DNA of 64,000 bases, from contig CAWGAA010000002.1 in NCBI GenBank assembly GCA_963820525.1, positions 224,001-288,000 of the forward strand, in the 5' to 3' direction. The notes under the pieces were generated by a model. It was given only the letters and a program-made list of their open reading frames with translations. It was not told where the DNA came from and ran no database searches. This stretch comes from an uncultured Spirochaetota bacterium. Lineage in GTDB: Bacteria > Spirochaetota > Spirochaetia > SZUA-6 > Fen-1364. Positions 1 through 9,700 of the stretch are shown here, piece after piece. The stretch's first letter is position 1. Each line of letters starts with the position of its first letter. Position numbers and translations under genes: made by a program.

Positions 1-1
1 G

Positions 2-487
2 ATGAAAGAGCTCCTCTCTAAGGATATCTCCCTGAATCCCCGGCATGCAGACGCGTATTTCGTTTTTGGCCAGCTCTACCGCGAGCTGCCGGGATGGCCG
101 CTGTCCTTCGGGAACATGGACTACGCCGTCTCCCTGGGACGTATGGCGGTGGATCTGAACGCCGAGCAGGTTCAGGATGGCACGGAAAAGGAGATCATCT
201 ACAGTTTTGAAACCGAGCTCGCCAAAACGCTGTATAAGAGGAACTGGTCTTCGGCGGCCCGCCTGAGCGAGCAGAAGAACAAGCTGGCGCGTTTTACGGC
301 GACAAAGGATCTGTTGGAAAAGGGCTGGGCTTACGAGGGAACGGTCCAGCTGCCAAACGTCTCGGACCGCGAGGAGGCCAAGACCCTCGTGAAGGCAGCC
401 ATCGCCGGACTGGAAGACAAGGCAAACCGCACCGTCTCGGACGACAAGGACCTGGCAACAGCCCGGGATGTCCTGAAGGGCTGGTAA
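2..487 (+). CDS. Helical/TPR-like protein, C-terminal part (5' end likely outside window)
   Basis: Open frame from window edge; helical 'HADAYFVFGQLYRELPGWPLSFGN' segment resembles a TPR helix pair. Confidence 0.55.
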   Translation: MKELLSKDISLNPRHADAYFVFGQLYRELPGWPLSFGNMDYAVSLGRMAVDLNAEQVQDGTEKEIIYSFETELAKTLYKRNWSSAARLSEQKNKLARFTATKDLLEKGWAYEGTVQLPNVSDREEAKTLVKAAIAGLEDKANRTVSDDKDLATARDVLKGW

Positions 488-506
488 GGCCGGCTTCAAG
501 CCCCCG

Positions 507-1752
507 TCAGCTCCGCGGGGGCCGCCCGCCGCGCTCGCTCTCTCCCTCGGACGCGTTTTTATCGGTCCGGGAGCCCTCCCGTCCTTTCGCAGGAGACTCG
601 CCTTTGTCAGCGTGACGCCGCTCATCTTGCGTCGGATCTTGAAGACCGCCTCTTCAACCCTCTTTTTCCTGGAGAAATCCTCGGCGAAAAGCTCCAATTG
701 GTCCTGGGACTCCAGGGCAACGAGGTTCGACATCCCCACCCCCACCAGCCGGATCGGCGTGCTGCCGTTCCAGCGGGCGTGAAGCAGCTCCCTGGCCACA
801 TCGTGGAGCTCCTCGGCGGAGGAGACCCAGTGTTTGAGGGACTTCTGCGCGCTCGTCGTGGTGAAGTCGTGATACCGCAGCTTGAGCGCGACCGTCTTGG
901 ACTTCCAGCCCTCCTCCATCATGCGGAAGACGATCTGGTGGCAGAGCTCGAGCAGCATCCGTTCGATTCCCGTCACGTCCTTCCTGTCCGTCTCGAAGGT
1001 GATCTCGCTGGAGAGCGACCTGCTCTTCGGCTCTTGGGAGAAGATCCCGGGTCCTCTCCCCGCACCACGCCGTGGAGGAATGATGCCGTCCCCTTTCCCA
1101 GGAGGCGGGCCAGCTCCTCACTGCCGAACTCGCGAAGCTGCGCAGTCGAGACGATGTTCAGCTCGGTCAGGCGGGCAAGCGTCTTCTCCCCGATGCCCCA
1201 GAGGTCCTTGAGCGCCAGCCGGTCGAGGAAAGCCTCAACCTCGGCCTGGGTCACCAGCGTCAACCCGTCGGGCTTGCCCGCGTTGGTGGCGAGCTTGGCC
1301 ACGTACTTGTTCGGCCCGATGCCGACCGTTATGGCGAGGCCGGTCTCGCGTTTCACCTCTTCCTTCAGCCCGCGGCCCACCTCAATGGCCGGGCCCAGAA
1401 GTCGCTCTGTCCCCGTCATGTCGAGGAAGGCCTCGTCAACCGAGATCTGCTGCATGTGAGGAGTGTACGTGCCCAGAATACCCATGACCTTCCGCGAGAC
1501 TTCCAGGTACCTCTCCATGCGGACGGGAAGGAACACCCCCTGGGGGCAGCGGCGGTAGGCCTGGGAGATGGCCATGGCGGAGTGGATGCCGAATCTCCGC
1601 GCCTCGTACGAGCAGGCGGACACCACGCCGCGCCTTCCCGGTGCGGCCCCGACGATGACGGGCTTTCCCTTGAGGCGGGGATCGTCGCGCTGCTCCACCG
1701 AAGCGTAGAAGGCGTCGAGGTCCACGTGGAATACGACCGGCGGCGGGCTCAC
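507..1752 (-). CDS. dinB: DNA polymerase IV (Y-family), with 1-nt frameshift at ~1046-1048
   Basis: GTG at 1752 overlaps upstream TGA; motifs VFHVDLDAFYASVEQ, SYEARRFGIHSAM, ISVDEAFLD; little-finger domain (SLSSEITF..LKLRYHDF..IRLVGVG) continues in another frame to the stop at 507. Confidence 0.9.
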
Positions 1753-3950
1753 GTCTTCAGCTCCAGGCTTTTCACGTAGTGCAGGTGAGTCTCCGCCTTT
1801 GCGGAGACGGGAAGCACGTCCACTCCGATGAGGGGCGCGTCGAAATCCATGGTGAGGGTGAGGGTGAAGGTCATTCCCGACGGAAGGGTGAGCTGGATGG
1901 GGAGGGGATCGGGGGGAAAGGCGCCGATGAGCAGCCGGTAATCGTGAGCGCTCTCCCGGATGAAGGGGAAGGAGCAATCCAGCAGGATGAACTCGTCGGG
2001 GGAGGAAAGCTTCGCGCTGAGGCTCCGCGGGTTGGCGCCCGAGGAAACGTCGAGGAGCAGGTTTTTCTTGTGGAGGAACTCGCTCTCACGCACCGCCACG
2101 GAGATGGGCACGTCGCGCGGTGGAAGGGCAAGGACACGCCGTGACTGGCGCACCTCCAGCCGCTCTTCGCCGTTTGCGTCCCGCACGACAACTTCCCCGA
2201 TCGGCGCCGGGCTGTCCATCTCCACGGCGTTGGTCTGGGAAGCCTCGTCGATGGTCTGCGTGACGCTGACGGGCTGAGGATGATCCGCCGTGAAGGGAGA
2301 AAAGAGAACGAGAGTCACGATGAGAGCGAGGGAGGCGGCGGAGAAGACTCCGGCGAACAGCGGCGAGCGCGTCCCCCGGCGCAGGATGCCCGGACCGCGG
2401 AAGAGGAGCCCCAAGCGGATGATGAACAGGACAAAGGGCAGGATCAGGCCAGCGATGAGCAGGTTGCCCCTGATCGGGGAGAGGAGGATGAAATGGCAGA
2501 ACGGGAGGGCGGGCATGAGGAAGACCTCGATGAGACCGCGCACGCCCCAGAAAGACGCGGGGAGGAAGAGCAGGAGCTTGGCCCACCGGTTCCTGGTCAG
2601 GGTGGCGAGGAGCACGAAGACGAAGGCCCAGAGAAAATAGAAGCTGAAGGAGATGTTGATCGCGGCGACGACCAGGATATCGGCGAGGAGAAAGAAGATC
2701 GAAGCCGCGGAGTAGAAGCTTCCATTGCGGGAGAAGCGGACGCCGCGCAGGAGAGGGAAGAAGGCGCTGTAGAGCCCGAGGGGCAGGGCAAGCTTCAAAA
2801 GCAGGAAGGTCATGGGAACGTACGTCCAGAGCGAGGGAAAGAGCCTCAAGGCCAGGATCCCCTCCAGAGCGAAGGTGGCGATCAGCAGGAGGAGAAACGG
2901 GATGGCGTACACCGGCAGGATGCTCCAACCATTGCGCAGCAAGGTGCGGATGTACTTCCTCAGTCCCTTCCGCAAGACCAGGGAGTAGAGGAGAATCGCC
3001 GTGACGGCCGCCAGAAGGATCCCGATATAGGCCTTCTCCGTCACGATGAGCGAGGCGCTTCCTTCCTGGAAGAGCAGGTAATGGCGGTCCCACTCTTCGG
3101 GGATCCGTCCGGAGCCCGCGTTCAGGAAATCGGAGAAAAACGTGTCGAAGGAGGAAAGCCGCTCGCCGATGAGCGCGGGATCAACCGCGCCGTATTCTCC
3201 TTCGAGGCTGATGGCGGGATAGCCGGCGCGAAGGTACGGCTCGATGATGGTGGGCTCGCCGGCCAGCCCGAGGCGGAAGACCTGGTTTTCATAGCCCCGC
3301 AGGAGGTAGGGGACTTTCGATTGCCGAAGCGCCTCGACCGAGCGGTTCATGAGCCAGTAGGGGCTCACGATTCCCGTCCCGCCCCCGCGCACCAGCACGC
3401 GGGAGGGCACGGCCCGGAAGTTCAAGTACAGGACCGCCACCCGGTAGTCGGGCTGGAAATCGCTCAGGAAGAGGTTGCTGCCCAGGGGATAATCGGGAGT
3501 GGAGCCGAACTCGGCGCCGAGGAACAGGACGGTCACGGAGACGGGAGGCGGCGCCGCCTTCATCTGGCGAAGGAGCCCGAGGGCCAGGGCGATATTCACC
3601 GCGCCGTCCATGCCCGGCGCGGCGTCGGGCATGTGGTCCAAGGGAACGGCGATGATCATGGTATCCCGGGATGAGCCCACGATATCGACGCGGATGCAGG
3701 AGGAGAAGGAGTGCTCGAAGTCGCTCTGGCTGAAATCGAATGTCGAATACGGGATGCCGTAGGCGCCGAGGCGGGACTCGATATAGGCGAGCGCCCTCGT
3801 GGAGCCGGCAGAGCCCTCCAGCCGCGGGTACAACGAGCTTATCGCCCGCAGATCGTTCGACGCGTCGTCGGGCGGAGCCTCCGGCGCGCTTTGTGAAAAA
3901 ACAAAGGAGGGAAGGGCGGAGAGCAGGGCGAGGACAAGGATCTTCCGCAT
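1749..3950 (-). CDS. M28-peptidase-like domain plus multi-pass membrane protein
   Basis: Signal peptide MRKILVLALL; M28-like segments IIAVPLDH, GMDGAVNIALAL, VLFLGAEFG; roughly 8-9 hydrophobic TM stretches follow. Confidence 0.65.
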   Translation of the reverse strand: MRKILVLALLSALPSFVFSQSAPEAPPDDASNDLRAISSLYPRLEGSAGSTRALAYIESRLGAYGIPYSTFDFSQSDFEHSFSSCIRVDIVGSSRDTMIIAVPLDHMPDAAPGMDGAVNIALALGLLRQMKAAPPPVSVTVLFLGAEFGSTPDYPLGSNLFLSDFQPDYRVAVLYLNFRAVPSRVLVRGGGTGIVSPYWLMNRSVEALRQSKVPYLLRGYENQVFRLGLAGEPTIIEPYLRAGYPAISLEGEYGAVDPALIGERLSSFDTFFSDFLNAGSGRIPEEWDRHYLLFQEGSASLIVTEKAYIGILLAAVTAILLYSLVLRKGLRKYIRTLLRNGWSILPVYAIPFLLLLIATFALEGILALRLFPSLWTYVPMTFLLLKLALPLGLYSAFFPLLRGVRFSRNGSFYSAASIFFLLADILVVAAINISFSFYFLWAFVFVLLATLTRNRWAKLLLFLPASFWGVRGLIEVFLMPALPFCHFILLSPIRGNLLIAGLILPFVLFIIRLGLLFRGPGILRRGTRSPLFAGVFSAASLALIVTLVLFSPFTADHPQPVSVTQTIDEASQTNAVEMDSPAPIGEVVVRDANGEERLEVRQSRRVLALPPRDVPISVAVRESEFLHKKNLLLDVSSGANPRSLSAKLSSPDEFILLDCSFPFIRESAHDYRLLIGAFPPDPLPIQLTLPSGMTFTLTLTMDFDAPLIGVDVLPVSAKAETHLHYVKSLELKT

Positions 3951-3960
3951 CGGCGAGGCA

Positions 3961-3989
3961 AGCATAGGGAATGGGGTGGGGAGCGTCAA
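3961..3989 (-). promoter_or_regulatory. Putative sigma70 promoter
   Basis: TTGACG-N17-TATGCT on minus strand, 10 nt upstream of ATG 3950. Confidence 0.5.
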
Positions 3990-4092
3990 GGCGCGCCGAC
4001 GCCGCCGGCCTGCCGCCGCTGCTTTTGTGAAGATGCACGTGAGATCCTGGACTTGCAAACACGGGGGGGATGCGTTACGCTCGATCTACACT

Positions 4093-4602
4093 ATGGACGT
4101 TCTGGCCGAGATCCTCCAGCGCAGGAGCGTGAGGAGCTTCCTGCCCCAGCCCATCGAGAAGGAGCAGCTCGAAAGGATCCTCGAGGCGGGCAGGCTCGCC
4201 CCATCCGCGAAGAACCGCCAGGAGTGGCGCTTCGTCGTGATCCAGAAGAAAGAAGTGCGCGATCGGATCAAGGAGGCTGCTTTCGGGCAGGAGTTCGTTG
4301 GGCAGGCGGCGGCGATCATCGCGGTCTGTACCACCAACATCGACTATCGAATGCCCAACGGCCAGCTCTCCTACCCCATGGACCTGGCGTTCGCCGCATC
4401 CTTCATGGTCCTGCAGGCGGTCCATGAAGGGCTGGCAACCTGCTGCCTGACGACGTTCGACGAGCAGGAGGTGCGCGAGATCCTCACCGCTCCTTTTTCG
4501 ATGCGCGTCGTTCTGCTCTTGCTCATCGGTCACGGGGAAAGCATCCCCGAGCCGACCCCCCGCAAATCCTTGAAGCAGATTTCAGCCCGCGACCACTGGT
4601 GA
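4093..4602 (+). CDS. Nitroreductase family protein
   Basis: RRSVRSF, LEAGRLAPSAKNRQEWRFVV, LQAVHEGLATC motifs. Confidence 0.9.
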   Translation: MDVLAEILQRRSVRSFLPQPIEKEQLERILEAGRLAPSAKNRQEWRFVVIQKKEVRDRIKEAAFGQEFVGQAAAIIAVCTTNIDYRMPNGQLSYPMDLAFAASFMVLQAVHEGLATCCLTTFDEQEVREILTAPFSMRVVLLLLIGHGESIPEPTPRKSLKQISARDHW

Positions 4603-4623
4603 GCCCGCGCCCGGCGAGAGCCG

Positions 4624-4962
4624 TCATGCGCCTTCCCCTTGATAGTATTCCACAAGCTTCGCGAAAGGGTCTTCCCCTCCCTCCGCAGGAGGCTCGATGA
4701 TCTCCCCACCCAGGGAGAAGTAGATGCCGTCGCTTTTCACCCACCGCACCCGCAGGCGGAACGAAAAGGGAACCGTCTGAGTGCCGCCGCCCGCCACCAC
4801 GTCCAGCGCGATATCGTCTCCCGGAGCCGCGGGGATGCTCTGGACGAAGGAGAGATGGCAGCCGGTCCGGCTCAGGTCCCGGATGTAGCCCGGCGTCGTC
4901 CTGGCAAAGAGCACTTTCGCGTAGCATTTGACCCGCGGCGATCTTCTCTGTTCACTTCCCAT
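4624..4962 (-). CDS. Single-domain PilZ (c-di-GMP-binding) protein
   Basis: RRSPR (RxxxR) and DLSRTG (DxSxxG) motifs; 112 aa. Confidence 0.8.
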   Translation of the reverse strand: MGSEQRRSPRVKCYAKVLFARTTPGYIRDLSRTGCHLSFVQSIPAAPGDDIALDVVAGGGTQTVPFSFRLRVRWVKSDGIYFSLGGEIIEPPAEGGEDPFAKLVEYYQGEGA

Positions 4963-5491
4963 CGCTTTCCTCCCGGGCGGCGATATCCAGCCTGATCAGG
5001 GTGCCCGCGACCCGGTTCGCCCCCCATCGCACGGGGACGTCGCTCGAGTCGAGGAAGAGGAGCTGGAAATGCTCGAAGGTCTTCTTCGCGAGGTAGATTC
5101 CCATGCCGAACCTCTTGTATCCGTTTCTCTTCTGGTAATCCTGGAAGCTCTCGGAATGAATGTCGAGGGTGGAGGGCGAAGCGTCCAGCGGATACGGCAG
5201 GAGCTTGGGGTCGAACCCGCCGCCGAAGTCGCGTATCGCGAAATGGAGACGCCCTTCGGTGAGCGTTATGTCGATGAGGATTTCCCTCGCGTCGCCGCGC
5301 TCCTTGTGCGCCCGGATCGAGTTGTTGACGAGCTCCAGGATTGCGAACTTCAAGTTATCGGGGCTGATACCGGTCTGCGGGATCTCTATCGAGTCGAACA
5401 CATGGATGATGGAGCGGAACTCGGCCTGCGGGTTCACTTTCACGCGAACGGTCCGGCTTCGCTTTCCGTCAACGGAGAGACTTTGGATCAT
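4952..5491 (-). CDS. RsbW/SpoIIAB-like anti-sigma factor / Ser kinase (stand-alone HATPase_c)
   Basis: ELVNNSIRAH (N box), DFGGGFDP (G1), GMGIYL (G2); no HisKA domain. Confidence 0.7.
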   Translation of the reverse strand: MIQSLSVDGKRSRTVRVKVNPQAEFRSIIHVFDSIEIPQTGISPDNLKFAILELVNNSIRAHKERGDAREILIDITLTEGRLHFAIRDFGGGFDPKLLPYPLDASPSTLDIHSESFQDYQKRNGYKRFGMGIYLAKKTFEHFQLLFLDSSDVPVRWGANRVAGTLIRLDIAAREESDGK

Positions 5492-5779
5492 GGGCCCTTC
5501 TCAACCAAGGAGTTTGCCTGCATAGAACCTTGGAATTGCATTCACAAACACTATAGGCGAATCTTATCAAATCCACAAGGAGGAGGACGCCGCCGGCGCC
5601 CGCCGCTCGACGCTCCATTGTCGGGCGCGCGCGGCCCGCCTGAAGCTCGATGGAACATGAAGGCAAAACGGCGGAATGCCTTGTGTTGACAGGAGAATCG
5701 CTATAATCTGCCACCATGATGTCTTTGAGGCCGGCACAGCATATGCGGATCTCTCTTGAGGACAAGAGGAAATAGCTGC

Positions 5780-8700
5780 ATGGTTTATCTTCTCGTCGAC
5801 TTGTTCAATTACCGACAGCTGGCGAGATTGAGACGGAACATCCTGCCCGGCGTCGAGAAGCGGCTTGCGGAGCTGTACGGAAGCCGGAAGGTCCGCGTTC
5901 TGAAGATACGCGAGGGAACGGCCCTCGTGGAGTGCGGGCGCGAAGAGGAGTTCGATTCCCGAGGGTGCGCCTCTCTGGGGCTCGAGATACGGGATTACCT
6001 CGGCTCCCTGCGGGAGGAGCTTTTCGGATTCGCCGTCCTCCTCGATGCGGAGGTCCCGGCGGAATCTGACCGCATCGAGGAGGCCATGAAGGATACGGCC
6101 TCGGAGCTCGAGCGGGAGCAGGACCTCTGGGTCACTCTCCGCGCCCTCCCGCTGTTCAAGGCTCACCTGACCGTGGAAGAAGGCAGGCAGGCGTGCCGCG
6201 TCACGGGGATCAAACAGCCGGCGCCCCGAAAGGTGGAGGAAGAGGCGCGGACGGGTTGGGTTCGGGAGAGCCTGGTCCAGCGCACCCTCGACGGGCTCTC
6301 TCCGCGGCTGAACGGCGGCGAGGAGGTTCTCTTCCTCTCCGGTCCCCCCGGTGCGGGCAAAACGGCCGTCCTTCGGGAGGCGGCCAGGCGGTTGGGGGCC
6401 GGTGACGAGAGAGCTCCCCTCTTGCGGATGTACACCCTTTTTCGACGCCGCTCGCCGGTTCACCCTTTCATCAACAGCCTCTCCGCCCAGCTTCTCGCCG
6501 AGGTTCCCCGGTACCTTCATGGAGCGGAGCTCGCGGTCTGGAACGACGTGAGCCCTCTGATAGCCGAGCTGCGCGGCGAGGAGCTCTCGGAAGGCGCCGG
6601 ACGGACCGCGTTCTTCCCCGACCACCTCCAGGAGGATTTCTCCATTGGCTACCAGCTCTACCTCCTGGCCTTCATCAGGATGACTTCAACGAAGCTCCTG
6701 CCTGCCTTCCTGGCATGCGAAGGGGTTGAAGCGTACCACCCGTCGGCGCGCAGGCTCGCCGCGCGGATGATTTCCGAGATGCTCGCCCACCCCAATTTCA
6801 TTCCCGTTCTCTCCTCCACCTCGCCGCAGGCGCCGGAGGAGTTTCGCGGCTTCGCCCTCGTCCCCCTCTCCATCCATCCCCTCGGCGAGCGGGAGATCCG
6901 CTCTTACGCGCGCCACCTCTTTCCCGGCCTCGAGATACCGGAAACGGAGGCGCGCCGCCTTCGAAGATACACGGGGGGGCTCTACCTCCCGGTCTCATCC
7001 TGCCTCCAGTACCTGGCCAAGACGTCGCGGATTCGCGGGCGGGAGGGGAGATTCGAATGGGTCCAATCCTCCGCGGATGCGCCGCCCCTGCCGCCAAATC
7101 CCCTTTCGGTCTCCTGGTTCCTGCTGCGGTCCCTCCCCGAGGAGGCGCTTCGCCTCCTCTCCATCCTGTACCTTACCGGCGGACTGCTCGATCAGAGCGG
7201 AGTCCTTTCACTTCTCTCTCGCGCGGGATTCGACGAGGCCTCCATTGAGCGGATCATTGCCGGCTTCGTATCCCTGGGGGTCGTGGCCGAGGAGGAACCC
7301 TTCACCCCCCGCATTCCCGCGCTGAGAAGGAAGCTGGAGGAGCTTCTGGGGCGCGACGCCGAAAAGCTCCGGGAGGAGTTCATCTCCTCCATCTTCTCGC
7401 AGTGGAAGAGGGGCGAGTACCCCAGGCGCGTGCTGCTCTTCTCCTTTCTCGCCAAGGCGGGCAAGACAGCCCTCGCCCTGGAGGTCCTCCCCGAGATCAT
7501 CCGCCGGAAGCTCGACGAGCGGGACCTGGCGGGAGCGAGGCTGTTCTGCGAGGCGGAAAGGCTCGAGTTCGCCGCTCCTCCCGACGACGGGCAGAAGGAG
7601 GAAATCTCCCTTATCTCCGGGGCGGGCAGATTGCACGCGGCGTTATTGGAGGGGAATCTGGAAGACGCCGCGCTCCATTTCCAGGCGCTGGCCCGGCCCG
7701 ACAGGTCCGGCATAGCGGGGGAGCCGGCCGGCGACGCGGCCCTCTCCCGGTCGCTGTACTCGCTGGCGTGCGGGGACTGCCCGGCCGCGATGGACGGCCT
7801 GAAAACGGCGCTGCTGGAGTTCCAGGAGTCCGGATTTGCCCGTGGAGAGCGGAGAGCCTACCACCTCCTGGGTCTCACCCTGCTGGCGGAGGGGAGAACG
7901 AGCGAGGCCATCGAGTACTTCTCTCTCTCCGAGAGGCTCTCCCTAAAGGCGGGAGATGCCCTCGGCGCCCTGCGTTCCGAGGCTTTTCTTGCCGTCTGTT
8001 TCTTCCTGGAAGGCAGGCTCACGCAGAGCCTCCAGAAGGCGGAGCACGCGGAAGAGACGGCGCGAGCATGCGGCCAGAGGGAGCAGGAGATCTTCCTCGG
8101 GTTTCTGAGGGTAAAATGCCTGTTCCAGCTCGGGCTCTACCAGGAGTGTTGCACCCTTCTCCAAGACTGCCTCAGCGGGGCAACCCTCTACTCGGCGGAC
8201 CAGGCGGCAGCCGTGCTCACGGCATGGCTGGCGCGCTCGATGCTCTACAAGGGGGACACGGCCTGTGCCACGCGGACGCTTGCGGCGCTGGAAAAGGGCC
8301 GTGAGGTTTTATTCTTCCTCGCGGAAGCGGAGCTTTTCTCGGGGAATCTCGAGAATGCCTCCCTGTGCGCCGAGAGGGCCCTCACAGCGGCGAGCTCGTC
8401 GTTCTTCCCTCCTCCCGAAGGGGTGAGCTGGAGGGATGGGTTTGCATCCGTGGAGGGGAGGTGCTTCCGCCTGATCCGGGAAGACGCGTTCCTTCGCCGC
8501 GGCGTGCGCGCCCTGGCCGGCTGCCTTCTGGGGATGCGCGGGTTCACCCGGGAGGCGGTGCGGGAGCTCCATCGTCTGACCCGGGGAGAAGACTCCACGG
8601 GGAGCGACCCCCATGCCTTCCTCCACGGCTACTTCTATTCCCTCGTGCTGCCGGAGTACGCCTCCGAGGAGGGAGACGACAAAACAACGATCCTGAGCAA

Positions 8701-8827
8701 ATCGCTGAAGGCGCTCCAGGAACGGGCAAGCCGGATAGAAGCGCCGGCCCAGAAAAGCGCCTTCCTCACGTCCAACTATTGGAACAAACGGATCATGGAG
8801 GATGCGCGCCAGCGGAAGCTGATTTAA
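5780..8827 (+). CDS. Large P-loop ATPase with C-terminal TPR-like helical region (STAND-like)
   Basis: Walker A SGPPGAGKT; Ala/Leu-rich helical repeats in C-terminal half; ATG 5780 follows AGAGGA. Confidence 0.65.
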   Translation: MVYLLVDLFNYRQLARLRRNILPGVEKRLAELYGSRKVRVLKIREGTALVECGREEEFDSRGCASLGLEIRDYLGSLREELFGFAVLLDAEVPAESDRIEEAMKDTASELEREQDLWVTLRALPLFKAHLTVEEGRQACRVTGIKQPAPRKVEEEARTGWVRESLVQRTLDGLSPRLNGGEEVLFLSGPPGAGKTAVLREAARRLGAGDERAPLLRMYTLFRRRSPVHPFINSLSAQLLAEVPRYLHGAELAVWNDVSPLIAELRGEELSEGAGRTAFFPDHLQEDFSIGYQLYLLAFIRMTSTKLLPAFLACEGVEAYHPSARRLAARMISEMLAHPNFIPVLSSTSPQAPEEFRGFALVPLSIHPLGEREIRSYARHLFPGLEIPETEARRLRRYTGGLYLPVSSCLQYLAKTSRIRGREGRFEWVQSSADAPPLPPNPLSVSWFLLRSLPEEALRLLSILYLTGGLLDQSGVLSLLSRAGFDEASIERIIAGFVSLGVVAEEEPFTPRIPALRRKLEELLGRDAEKLREEFISSIFSQWKRGEYPRRVLLFSFLAKAGKTALALEVLPEIIRRKLDERDLAGARLFCEAERLEFAAPPDDGQKEEISLISGAGRLHAALLEGNLEDAALHFQALARPDRSGIAGEPAGDAALSRSLYSLACGDCPAAMDGLKTALLEFQESGFARGERRAYHLLGLTLLAEGRTSEAIEYFSLSERLSLKAGDALGALRSEAFLAVCFFLEGRLTQSLQKAEHAEETARACGQREQEIFLGFLRVKCLFQLGLYQECCTLLQDCLSGATLYSADQAAAVLTAWLARSMLYKGDTACATRTLAALEKGREVLFFLAEAELFSGNLENASLCAERALTAASSSFFPPPEGVSWRDGFASVEGRCFRLIREDAFLRRGVRALAGCLLGMRGFTREAVRELHRLTRGEDSTGSDPHAFLHGYFYSLVLPEYASEEGDDKTTILSKSLKALQERASRIEAPAQKSAFLTSNYWNKRIMEDARQRKLI

Positions 8828-8900
8828 TTATAACGGAATATTCTTTGTTCAGACGCTTGACGGGGTGCAATAAAATTGCGATTTTCCTGTTTACTATTGT

Positions 8901-9698
8901 ATGGTGCGTGATCTTGCCGCGATTCCCCGGGCTCTGCTCAGGCCGGACCGCGCCTTCGCCGAGCACGGGGTGTACCGGTTGCCCAAATCCCTCCTTCTGA
9001 TCCTCCTGTTCATCCTGTACATAACGGGGCAGAGACTCTCCGCCGGGTACGACGAGAACGCCCATGCCAAGGAGCTGGCCCTTGCGGAGGCCGGCGCCAG
9101 GCTGGATTCCCTCATGACCACGGCGCCCCCCGAGGCAAAGGAAAGGGCGCGCGAGCAGATGGTGGGCTCCATCCTTGGGCAGCAGAGCACGCTCTTCACC
9201 GCACTATCCATCGCCTTTTCCGGCCTCTTCTTTTTCATCCTCATGCTTGAGATGTGGCTGATCTCCACCGTCTCGTCCCAGTTTTTCGGCGGGCAGGAGG
9301 ACCGTCACGGCCGCGACAGGCCGTCGCTCACCCTTTTTCTGGTCGCCTTCTTCCCCCTCGCCCTGCGAAAGCTCCTGGCAGGGATCGTGCTTGCCACGAA
9401 GAACCCCGAAGCGGCGTCAAACGCCCTCACGCTGACGGACTACCGCGCCGTGAGCGCGGTCCACTTCGATTTTTTCTCGCTCCTGCCGCCAATAGGCGTT
9501 CCGGAGTTCATCGCTTCCATCGCGCGGTTGGTGACGGATCCTTTCTTCCTCTGGACCCTCGCCGTCGTGATCCTGGGGGGGCGCGTGGTTTATCGCGTGA
9601 GCGCGCGCGGGGCGGTGGCGCAGACGGCTATCGTTGTCCTTGTCCTTGCCCTCCAGGCGGCGCTTCTCAAGAGTATCGGTATCACAATGGAGATCTAG
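8901..9698 (+). CDS. Yip1/YknW-like membrane protein
   Basis: N-terminal 'LLRPDRAF' pattern, ~5 TM segments, first gene of exporter operon. Confidence 0.6.
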   Translation: MVRDLAAIPRALLRPDRAFAEHGVYRLPKSLLLILLFILYITGQRLSAGYDENAHAKELALAEAGARLDSLMTTAPPEAKERAREQMVGSILGQQSTLFTALSIAFSGLFFFILMLEMWLISTVSSQFFGGQEDRHGRDRPSLTLFLVAFFPLALRKLLAGIVLATKNPEAASNALTLTDYRAVSAVHFDFFSLLPPIGVPEFIASIARLVTDPFFLWTLAVVILGGRVVYRVSARGAVAQTAIVVLVLALQAALLKSIGITMEI

Positions 9699-9700
9699 AG

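Noticed and set aside
507..1752. Programmed frameshift or phase variation in dinB
   Set aside because: The run is only 3 nt with no slippery heptamer, and similar indels occur in three other genes including alaS, so sequencing error is simpler.
5686..5707. Consensus TTGACA and TATAAT as one promoter
   Set aside because: The spacer is only 10 nt, incompatible with sigma70 geometry.
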